From contig JAIORP010000206.1 in the NCBI GenBank assembly GCA_021108075.1, forward strand, positions 831 through 64,830: a stretch of 64,000 nt of DNA, read 5' to 3'. The position numbers and the translations under genes were made by a program. Shown in pieces: positions 40,401-52,400 of the stretch. Source of the DNA: Candidatus Omnitrophota bacterium. Lineage in GTDB: Bacteria; Omnitrophota; Gorgyraeia; Zapsychrales; Zapsychraceae. The notes below the pieces were generated by a model. It was not told the origin of the DNA and made no database searches. It saw only the letters and a program-made list of their open reading frames with translations. Numbering within the stretch: position 1 is the first letter of the stretch; each line of letters starts with the position of its first letter.

Positions 40401-43400
40401 TCCATCATGCTGTCTTAAAAGGTTCAACATTGTGACGTCTGCGGCTCCGTTCAATTGATCCATAAACCTGGTTAATTCTTTTGCGTCGCCTTTGTAAAAG
40501 GAATACAGCAGCACGTTCGCAAGGGCGAAGTTATACAGCATTTGACCTTCACCATTATTTGTTCCACTGTATGATAAGGCGTCTTTATACGGCGCGTTGA
40601 TTTCCGGTAAGATCACGACCTCAGGAGCGACTTCATCAAGGATGGCTCTGAATAATTTAACCATCAGGTGGGATTTGTCATGATGAACGCTGGCGGTTCC
40701 TAATTCTTTCCACAGGTAAGGGATCGCATCGACTCTTAATATCTTTGTGCCATGGCTTAATAAGACGAACAGGACCTCGATCATCGCTAAGAGGACTTGT
40801 GGATTTCTCCAGTTGATGTCCACTTGTTGAGCGCTGAAGGTTGTCCAAACAAGCACGGTCGTTCCGTCAGCTAACCGGTATGGTGTTAATAACGGATGTG
40901 ATCGTGGACGAACAACTTCGTCGAAATCCTGTTTATTGACAACTTGACCATATTGATCCATGTATTCATTTTCAAATTCATAAACGTTCTGGCTGACTTC
41001 TTGTCCGTCCTGATCAAAGTAGTGGATTACTTCCTGGCCGTCTTCAACGCTTGCCTGTTGATAATATTTAGGAACATAGTAGATGAAATAATCTTTGTAT
41101 TCTTCAACATTATTTAAGAACGCGGTGAACCATGGATGGTCTGAAGCGATATGACCAACGATGAAATCTAACATCAATTTCATATCATGTTCGCGGACGA
41201 TCTTTTCAACCATTGCCCAGTCACCTTGTTTCGCGTCAACCCGGGTGTGATCTTTTGTTCCAAATCCTTCGTCGACTGAGTATGGGAACAAGCGTGGCAA
41301 AATGTGCAAAATTGTGAATGGCTGGCCAACTTTGCCTAAGGCATGCAAGAAGAAGTTAAGCGTTTCTAATGGATACTGATCTGTTGTATTCGTGAATGTG
41401 TCCGGATAGCTGATTAAAGTGACATCGTTTTCTGTTAAGGCAACATTGTCCGTTTGCCATTTCTTAATGGCTGAAGAGTATTGAGCGGTTAAGGCTTCCA
41501 ATTGAATCACAATATCAGCTGTTTGCTCCGCCCCATAAATGCGTCGGAGAATATGGCTGGTTCTATTTCGTCCTGAAAGACGGCCAGTCTTTTTAAATGT
41601 TTTCATTTCTGCTCGAACGAACCATGCGGAGAAGATAACTGCCGCGGCGCTGATAAGCGTGACCGCTCCAACTACAGCCCAAGGAGCAGTTGCCACCATG
41701 ACAGCTGTCGAAGCTGTTCCGGCAAAGTCAACGCTGGTTGGGATAAGCATAAGGATACTGACAGCGACAATAATTTTGATGAGCCGCGGAAGGATACGGC
41801 GTGTCTGTGGCGTTTCAGCGACCATATCTTGTTTACCATCGGTCATGGCCTTGTTGTCATCTGTCTCATCTATCTCAGCCTGCATGTGGCTTAAGACAAC
41901 CCAGAGGCTGACACCCGCGACAATAACGCCGATGATCATCGCGGCAACAATAACAATGCTGAACCATTGTACTGCCGCCGTTGTTGTCACAACGCTTAAT
42001 GTTTGATTCATTCCGGCACCAAAACTTTTAACCGGCAGCATCATCAAGGCTCCGATAATAATTGATGTTATCGTTGTGACCATTGTCTTGCGGCCGGAAC
42101 GAGCGGCGATTGCTGTCTGACGATCAATTTCTTGAACATCGCCGAATCTGGCCACGCTTAATTTATCATCCTGGACATTGTTAATGTGTGCCCTGTATTC
42201 AGATGGTGAGTAAGCTTTAATCTCCCGGGAGGTATCAGCGGCCGCTTCAACCAAAACAGCCAGGCGGACATCTTTATCTTTTAATGAAGCGGCAACAGCG
42301 TCTGTTCTGTCATTGATATCCCGTTGGACTTCCGCGTGGTCAATATCTTTGACGTCATCGTAATCATCACTATCTAAGTAATAATCATATTCAATGCTAG
42401 CCACAACGTTATCAGACACGGTTAATTGATCGAAGTCTGGATGGTTATCATAAGAGAATAAGTTGAATGGTGTTTCCAATAAACCAGCCTTGATCAATCG
42501 CTCAACAGGGGCCACCAACCGGTCGTGGGTTGCGACACGGATGATCGGCGCGTTCAAGCTGAAGGAATAACCGTCAAGGACTTGAGCAACCGCAATGATT
42601 TGCTCTGAGGTGTACTCAACTGTTCCCGTTGATAATCTTCGTAAGCTTAATTGAACAAGGATAGCTTCTCTTTCGCTGTGTTCAATCCTGTTCAATATTA
42701 AGGTCTGATGGACTTTTTCGTGTTCAAGCACAAAACTCCAAATCTGTTCAATAAGATCCATGGAGATGTCGGCTTTTTTCAGCGTCGGGACCACAACATC
42801 TTCGTAGGAAATGGTCACAATCGTGTCTGTGTCAATGTCATATGAAGCCACTGTCGCCGGTGGAGCTGTTCTGTTGAAGTTGATCACATCTTCCAGTGCT
42901 CTTATGGCTTGAGCATATTCTCTTAATATTCGGGCTGCTTCTGCCTGCCCGGCTTCTTCTAATGCCTTAACGATATTAAATAACTCTTGTGACATCATAT
43001 CTCTGCGGGTCTTGTTCGCTGAATGCTCAGCTGATGCTGCCGGGCCATAATCAACGGTCTTGCCGCTGATTGGTTTTGGTGTGCCGCTTAATCTCCAACC
43101 CGTGTTGTTATCGTTATAAATGATTTCTGCTTCAGTCACATATTCTTGCGCATCCATATCAATAACGCGCATCAAACCGTCAATAATGCCGGCATAGTTT
43201 CCGTCGCTTAACCGGATCATTAAATTGCCCTCATCGTCTTCCATGTCTGGAGTTGGATACTCAATCATGCCACCGTCAACATCAATTTGATATTCTGTAC
43301 CCATTGTGTCGGTTACAATAATTGTTCCGTCAATAAAGGAGACGTCCGTTCTGGTTTCGACATGTTGTCCATCAACAGCTAAGTGCTCGTCCTCTTCCAT

Positions 43401-46400
43401 GAAACAGATATCAACATAAGCTGCTAACGGGTTATAAATGTCTTTAGCCGTAAACAATTTATTCTTTCTCTGGGCTTGTTGAACAAACCAGTTCGTGACT
43501 GTTTTGCCATATCCGCTGAATTTGTACCCTTCAAAAATCTTGATGTCTGAACGGATAATCTCTCTTTCGTTTTCAGCGTAATTAACAAACCCGATTTTCT
43601 TATGTCCACGGTAAATGTCGAAGTAATCCGGATATTTTGCCTCATTGCTCCATTTCAAGGTCAACACTTCCTTTGTCGTTACGTGTGGAATGTGGGCCGT
43701 GCCGATTGATTCAGGTGTCTCGATCTTAGAGGATTGTTCTTTTGCCGGGGCTTCGGACACGGTCTTTTCATCTTGCGCGCGGGCCGTGACTTGTTCCATC
43801 AAAACTTGTTCTTCGCTTAATACCGGATAAGCGGCGTGAGTCGCTTCGTGTTCTTCCACAAAATTCCAAATTTCATGGGCTTTTTCTTCTGAATAACTCA
43901 TTTCCATCAAGGCCTTAACAGCTGCGGCGCGGGAGACATCAGCCTGATCGTCGACACTCAAGCTTTCATCACGTGCGACGACGAAGACGATTTGTTTGGT
44001 GACTTCATCATAATAAGCGACGCGATCAACCTTGAAGTGCGTTGCTAATTTTCGAATCGCTTCAGAATAAGCTCTTAACATCTTAGCGCCTCGCGCGTTA
44101 ACAGCTTGAATGTCAAAAGCGACCCTATCCATAATTGATGGCGTGATATGTTTGCGTCCGCGGTTGCCTTTGCGGCCTTTTTCCCTGGCTATCTTCTTGG
44201 CGCTCTTACGTTTTATTCTTGATGCTTTTACTTGCGCGCTTTCGATTGTCGCTTCAATGGCTTTGTTGGCCAGCGCCGGCGGCACGCTGAGGACTAATTT
44301 TACTGTCATTAATCTGTTCCATGATTCAACGTCACCCTGACTGATATTCAAGCTTACGACCTCTACCTTAGAATGTGCTTTTCTGATAGTGGCAAGAAAA
44401 TCAGCTATTGTTTGCGAGCGTTCACTCATTTGACGGATCACTGTGTAAATCTTTTCTTTGCGTTTAGATTTCTGAATTTCCCTTTTCCTCGCTTCCGGCG
44501 CTATCTTATCTGGAATATTTTGAATAATCGCAACCATCGCATGGATATCTTCCCGTGTCACCCCGCTCAACGTAGCGGTTAAACAGTTAATCATTTCAAC
44601 ATATCGTCCTCTCGCATCGAGTAAATTCGCTTGTGCCTGGTGGACCGTTGCCCCAGACTGGGCCATGATATTGAATACAAGGCTTAATAAATCTGGTCGA
44701 CTCTTATTTGACGAAACCGTTACCGTCCAGTTATCTGACTGAGCGATCTTCTTCACTTCTACTTTTAATGTCTTTGACATCGCGTCTAACAACATGTCGA
44801 GTGTGACCTGTCCTTTACCAAGGGCAACCACAAAATTCGTCATTTTGTCTCTCAGGTGCTTAATCAAGGCTGGTTTCAACTCATAAGATGTTTGGATAAA
44901 CTGTTCAATAAAAATACGGTAATGCATCTCGCCTAATACCAATAACGCGGCTTTCTGGTAATATTCACGCAAATGCGGTTCTTCTTTGGTTAATAATTTA
45001 AGCAGGTCATTATAATCTTTCATTCCTGGAATATTCGCCGACTTTGTTCGGGCGGCTTTACCCATTTCTTTAATAGCGCGTAACATATTGACTTCAATAT
45101 AATTTTCTGTCAGGCCATCGGTAATAAATGTTTCTAAAAATTCTTTCAACTGTTTAAAGCCAAATTCAAAGGCGTGAAAATCAATCTCTTCTGTTGAAAT
45201 AATATCTAATCCAACGGCCAGGTATAATTCATTAAGATCTTTGAGTCCTAAGCGCCTTCGAAGGTATCGTAAGAAGACTTCCTGAACAGCAATGTTTGTA
45301 ATGTTCTGATCCAGCTTCCTTTTGCCTTTCACGGTAACCAATCCGGGATTAGCGTTGAATTGACCGATGAGCCTCGTACGGATGTATTCGGAACCTTTGA
45401 CGATGGCAGCATATTGATGCCGTGTCATCCCGGTATATTCATCGGCACGGAAATAAACAACCATTCCATCCCTGACAAAATCATTCATTCCCGCTCTGCG
45501 CCCCACTTTGACATCCACATGATGTTTTGTCACTGTGAGGCGGGTTCTGTGCGCGACAGGGTATTGCGCAATTTTATTCATCCTCCAGATATCGACTTCT
45601 AACAGACCCGCAATGTCTATGACCCGTGTCTTCTTATCCAACGCGACTGGAATGAATTCACAATGACCTTCTTTGCGGTCCACGACCACTAAGACCGATG
45701 TCTGGTCTTTAAACGCACGGTTCGCAGCATTAAAGTCTTCAACAAATTTTTCCGTGAGCGGCAACTCAACAATATCGCTGAAATCCTGGTCTTCGAGTTC
45801 TTTATGTTCTTTGGTCGCCGCGTAGAGCCAGTGTTGATATTCCCTTGTCAGGTAATCATCATAATTTTTCTGATCCATAATGATAATCTCAACAAAATAT
45901 TTTCTGGATATATCCTCCAGGAAAACATGGTAGCCTTCATATTTACCCCATAAACGTTTGAGCGGCGTCTTGTATTTCATAAACTGACCTAAGTATTTGA
46001 GGTGAGCAAAACGTTGCTGGATATTTTGCATCCAAGACAAGACGGAACCAATGTTCGTTCCGGTTGGGACCACAATCATCATACCCAATTTATCCCGTGT
46101 TGATCTGATGGCTTCCGCGGCGCTGTATCCGCCTCTTTCAAACTTGTCTTCGATGCGTTGTTGCTTGTTGTAAAGGGAATAGCTGCTCTTCACGCGGGCC
46201 CGCATAAACATATGCAAATAGATATCATCTTTCAGTGCTTTTCTGATGCTTGATTTTTCTAATGATTCCAAGATATAGTCTTCAACCTTGATGCGGGTAT
46301 CTGCCAGGTGGCCCTCTGCCTCAGCGCGTGTGGCAAAGTGGATGGACTTCATTAACTTTCTTTCAAACTTTTCAACTTCTTTTGCCGTACGTTTCGCCTT

Positions 46401-49400
46401 GAATGTGCTTTCACGGATTTTACCGGCGATATCCCGGCGGCCAAGCCATTCAGCGATGAGCGCGTCTAAATGATTAGACTTGGTTGTCAAATATTCGATA
46501 TGTCGCAATTGCTCTTCATTCTTGTATTTAATGTTGGCTAAACCATCTAATAACTCGATCAAACGGGCAAAACGGAGCATCATGACTTCAGGGAAAGCCG
46601 CTGTCTTGATAAAAAATTTGATATAATTTTCAACCGTTTGTTTACCCTTGATACTTTTTCCTGATCGTTCCGGAATATCTGTAATCTTTCCTTTTCCCCG
46701 GTAATATTCAACCAGGTTCCAGAACTTCGGACCAAATTTGCTGGAGATTCTTTGTTGCTGAGTGAACGGTAACTTTTTGGCTCTTAATATCTGTGACCAG
46801 GCCTGATCAAACTTGCTTTCCGCAGAACCTTCGATCTCTAAAAATTCGATGAAGAAGTCAATATAAGATTCGAGAGTTTCAATGTCATAAGCATAACGGG
46901 CATCTGTGGTCGGTAAATAAGGCATATGCTTCATGAGATAATAACGCGCGACAAATGTCCAGACCTCCGGTCCAAAACGTTGCTCAATAAATTCCTGGTC
47001 ATTATCAAGATTACCGTAAAGTGTGAGCATGAAAGCCCAACCCGCGTCAACAGTGATTTGTTTGGCCCCAAAGCCGCGTAAAAGTTCTGTTAATTTTTCT
47101 GCTATATTGAAATGCTTATCTGATAGTTGACCCTCACAGCGCAATTCATCTCCGATGCGACGGCCTTTCTCTGTGTGCATGCCTAAAAGCATTTCAAAGG
47201 TATTCTTCATCGTGATACGATATTTTTCTTGATTGGCTAAGATTTCCATTGTGGCCTGGAAGACATCTTCATTCTTTGGATTCATCAGATAATCAACGGT
47301 TGCCGGGTAAGCCGCCTGGTCATCCATGCCTAAGACGTGCAGTTTTTCATGGCCTTCAATAACGCCTTTCATGAATAAGAGGATTTGACGTTTATCACGT
47401 TCCGTGAAATACGCGATCTGATCGATCATAAAGAGATGAATGTAAAGAATATTTTCAGATTTGTTATAGGCCGCGACCGTTCCCTTTGTATCGGCCTGGT
47501 CAGATGTGATGACAACCGGCGGTGCTTGTGCTAACCAAGGAGAGGCTTCAAAGAGATGATGAATCGCGCGCAATTGAACGCGGCTTAATTCGCCCCTGGG
47601 CATACGGACTTTTAAAATTTGCTTGCCTTTAAGTACGACTTGACCCCGTAAGGTCCCTTTATTGTATCGTCCGGTCATGTAAATCTCATGTGACAGGTCA
47701 TACGGAGCAGGATAGGTGTGGCGGCCGTCGTTACGCGCGGCTATGCGGCGTCTAATACCAAATCCATTAATAAATTGTTCTATTTTAATTCTGATATTCT
47801 CGCTAAATCGTCGAGAAAAGCAGAATTGATTTTGGTCATTATTTAATGGAATTGGTATAATCATCCGGACAATGCCACCGGTGACAAGCGTAACCATGGA
47901 CCCGAAGAACTGACGACGAGTCAGTCCTGCTGCGACTTGTCTTACTGCTGCCGGTTTTTCTTCTATATTTCCTTCGAGTCCGGCTCTGATCTCATTGAAC
48001 CATACGCTGCGTGGAACATTCAAGGCCCAGGCGATAGCTTTCATTTGATCCTGTTGATTGAGTTCTAAGGCGATGTTGGCGAGCACTTCCCCTGAGTCGT
48101 AATCCTCCGGCATACCGACTGTTTGGCGGGCTGTCCGACCGCTGATCCAGAGGCTTACAATCTTTTCCTGGAATTGACGTTCTGTGATTTTTCCACTCGT
48201 TAAGTCTTCCACTAAACGTGCGCCTTCCCAGGCAAGATATGTATCATCACGCATGAACCAGATGCTTTCGAAAATGTTGCCCATGACATTGAACGGATCA
48301 TATAAGCCTAAGATATGCGCGACATGATGACCTAATTCATGGCTCATATGAATATCCATCACAGCCGGCATGGCGATCGTTCTGTCAACTGACGAGTATG
48401 ATTGTTGACCTCTTCTGATTCTCAACGGCACTAACTTTGCTATAACTTCTTGAGCGATTTCTGTGTTTTGGTCAAACAACACGGTAACCACCTCTTCCAA
48501 TTTAGCCCTGACTTCGTCGACTGGAAGACCATTCAATACGGCCACCTTACTTAAGAGGCTTGCTGTTGTTTCCGGTGCTGTCGTATGAGTCATTGCGCGG
48601 ACCATATTGACGGCCCCAACAACAGCTGTCAGGACTAAACCTAAACCGGCGATAGCCAGGATGGCGACAACGATTGGCGCGATATTCACGCCCATCACGT
48701 TCGCAACGGCGATTAAGGCAAAACCAGAAGCAAAGGCGGATGACTGCAGCTTTGTTCCCCCGCGTTGTTCTTCTTCTTTCAATTTCTTGATTTGTCGCTT
48801 AACTTCTTCAATGTATTCTTCACGGGCTTCACGGTCACGGATGTAGTGGCCAGCACGTGGCTCTAATTCACGACGGACCTGGTATCCGGATTCTTGCAAT
48901 AAAGATCTGATTCCGTGATGATCCGCGCCGAAGAATATGATAACGCGTGTTTCGTTTTCTTTTCCTGTCTTTTCAGCATCCAGGAATAACCGGTCTAGGA
49001 CTGAGGTCAGCCATTTAGCTGATCGGACAGATCCTCTTCCATGGATACCGTAAACAATCGAGATCGTTTGATTAACAACGCGGCCTTGAGCTTTTTCAGC
49101 GTCAATTAAGGACAGCACATCTTGAGCCGCCTTAGCATCACGCATGTCAATGGAACGGTCCAAACGATCCGCTTTTTGATGCGCTGTTTCGTCACGCTCT
49201 GGCAAGTCTAAAATAATTTGTTCAAGCGGTTGTTGTTCGAGCTGCAGTTCTAAGTCATAGCCTTTCGATAGATCCATCATTTTGTTGGCTAAGAACTGTT
49301 CAAAGATTTCTGTAAAGGTGCTTGGTTGTCCGATCTTGCCTTCTGCCCAGGTGCGTTGAACAGCTTGCCAATCCGGCATACGGTTTGACATCTCGCGCAT

Positions 49401-52400
49401 GTATGGGATAAAGGCTTCTTGTTCGAATCGAGCGCGATAAGCGGCATCCTTAACGATGCGGTTAAATTTCCAACCTTTGAACATGCGTTCAAATTTCGCT
49501 CTAATCCGTTGATATGGTTCGTTACCGGCGACGATCGAGCTTTCAATAAAGAAGATCACCTTGCCCTTTGGTGCCTGTTCGCGTAGAGGTTGTGATTGGG
49601 CTCGTGAAGCGACCCATTTAACGAACGCATGAGGTGTTGATGTGATCATGACTGCCGTGACAAGCGCGAACATATTCAAGAAACGGCGACGTGGTTGTAC
49701 GGCTTGAGCTTCCGTTTGTTCCCGTCTTGCAGTTGTGGGTGAGCGTATGAAACGTGCGAGGTATCGACGGATACCGATCACAACAGCGAGCAGGCCACCA
49801 ACGGCGAATAATGTTGCCGCAATGGCTGTAAGTGCTGGATTAGCCGCTAACACACCGGCGATATATTCCGCTCCAAATACCCGGTACAATAATCCAGCGG
49901 TTACCAGCGTCACAATTGGATGCGTATAGAGTGTTGTGCTTCTTGAAGCAGGGCCTCGGTCATTGCGTGTCATTTCAATCACATCTGTTTCCGTCATATC
50001 CATCAGACGTGCGGCTGCTTGAGCATCAGATTTTTCTTCGGCCATTAATTGTGTGTATGCTTCTACCATCATGTGTTCAACGGTCGCTTCGTCTTTTTGA
50101 GCTCTTAAGCCTTTGAAAATCTTCTCAGCGATGACATCCGCTCTGAAGAGATCTTTAACGGTCTTCGCATTGACAACCAGGGTGTCGATATCTTTTGTCA
50201 CCCTGCTCATCATAGCGATGGAAAGTTCGATAACCACGCTATCAAAATCAGACGCGACGTCTTCCAGTGTGACATCTCTTAATTCTGGAAGAACCGCATA
50301 AATATCTGCTGTGATGTCTTGTTTTGTAATGATGCCGTATTTCAATCCGAAGATAATGTCTTCCACCGCGCCTTCAACGCTTTCAGCGGCTACGGCAATC
50401 TTGCCGGCTTTTGACAGGGCTTGAACGCATTGCGGTTTATTGATATCGAAATTCATGATGTCTGCCGCATCATTTTGATCAACACTGATACCGATGATGT
50501 TCCGTAAGATATTAACAATTTCCGCTTTAGCGTTAAACGCAATCTTAGCAAGTTGTTGACCGACATAACCGCGTAATGTGACGTGTCTGAATGGAACAGC
50601 TGAAAGATCATGAGTCAGGGCGATGAAAGCGGCATGCGTTGCTGACACATCGTATTGATCAGCAATGATCTTCGCTACCATGGCGGTGCGGATATCGTGG
50701 CCTGAGACATTGATGTCTGCCATATCTTTTCTTTCTAAATCATGTCCGATTCCTGTATGGCCGATGATATCGCTTAAACGGTTAAAGCGGGCGTGTTTGA
50801 TAACAGTGACGATAGCTTTAACGAAGCGGTCGACCCTTGTGAACGAGGCCAAAAGTTTGGCTGCCGTTGGGCTGAATTCAGATTCAATTGTTTGGGCGTC
50901 TGTTCTGAACGCGGCTAATCTTGTTCGTGTTGTTGGAATATTGTTCAGGACTTCGGCTAATCTTGCGTTCATCTTTTCGATCACTTGAGCGTCTTCTGAT
51001 TCCATTCCTCTTTGCGCCGCGGCAGTCGCCATCAGCATCCAGAGGAAAATGTAGTGGCTATAAACAGCCTGTTTCTCTGCCGCGCTGAATGCCTGGCCTG
51101 CTAAACGATATCCTTCAAGAAGATCATTAACGCGTTGGGCGATATCAGCCCCGAAGTAATTCCCTTCCCCGACACGGCCTGTTCCGGAAACAGCTGAGAA
51201 AACATCTTCAAAGCGATAGGTATAAAGGGTGTTATCCCAATCAAAGGCCGCGAGGATATTTCCCTGTTCGTCAAACTTCAAGTTACCGAAGTTCATATCT
51301 CTTGCGATATGCGCTTTCCTTAATATCTTAAGTTGTTGTCTGAACGCGTGAAGTTCAGCTATCGCGCTGTCAATGATGTCCTGATATTTCGCGTAAACAT
51401 CCCGGGTTGCTACGTGTTTCCAATTAAAACTTAAGACAGAATATAATTTTTCATCGATATCAAAATCGATCGGATCGACCGGGCTCTTCCCTTTATATTC
51501 AGAATATTGTGCTTCGAATCGATCGGACAACGCGTTAAGTTCTCCTAAGAATCGACCAAGGTTCCGGACCAGCACCGGAGTGGCGTCTTTTGTTGAAACA
51601 TCCATTCCTTCAACCCATTGTTCAACCATATAGAAACGTGTTTCGCCATTAGCGTTTCTCACAGCGGTATAATAGTTATCAATAATATCTTGATCTGTGC
51701 CGAATTTAGCAATGATCGGCGCTGGAACACCATTTTCCTTCAAGAATTTCACAAAAGCGACAATGTAACGCGCTTTGCCTTCTGTTTGAACCTTACGGTA
51801 ACTTAATTGCTTAATGCCGAAGATTCCTTTGTCTGTGCGGATCATTGGAACCTTCCATCCTGTGGTCACGGCATTGTAGCCGGTTGCCACGTATTCGACG
51901 CTTTCGATGGTGCCGAGATTGAACTCCTGGGCGATACGATCAATCAAGGCTGTGGTCATGTCATCGGCTTGAGCCTTATCTGTTGCGGCGGTCAATTGGA
52001 TCGCTTCGGTGATCTTCCACTCTTTGCCCTTGTCTGTTGTGGCGGAAATCTTATCGGCGGTAACGCTTAATGCCGGGCGTTGGGCGTCGTAAGCGGCCAG
52101 GCGCTGGATCAGTGTTTCCAGTTGCGCTGGTGTAGCGTCATGGATGTAGGCCACAGTAATATGTTTAACCGGATTGATTTCCGCGGCTGGATTGTTTTCT
52201 AATGCCAATGCCCAGGCTTGATCGCGGATCCAGTCATAGTGATGATCAGCATTGGATAGTTCGACCACAACAGCCATGCCTTCGCCTAAGTGGGCCTTTT
52301 CAACCTTGAACGTTATTGCGCCTGTTCCCTGGACTTTTTGAGCTAATGCTTGAGCGTATGCTTTGACCTGTGACCAGCCAGCGACGATGTTCTTTCCACC

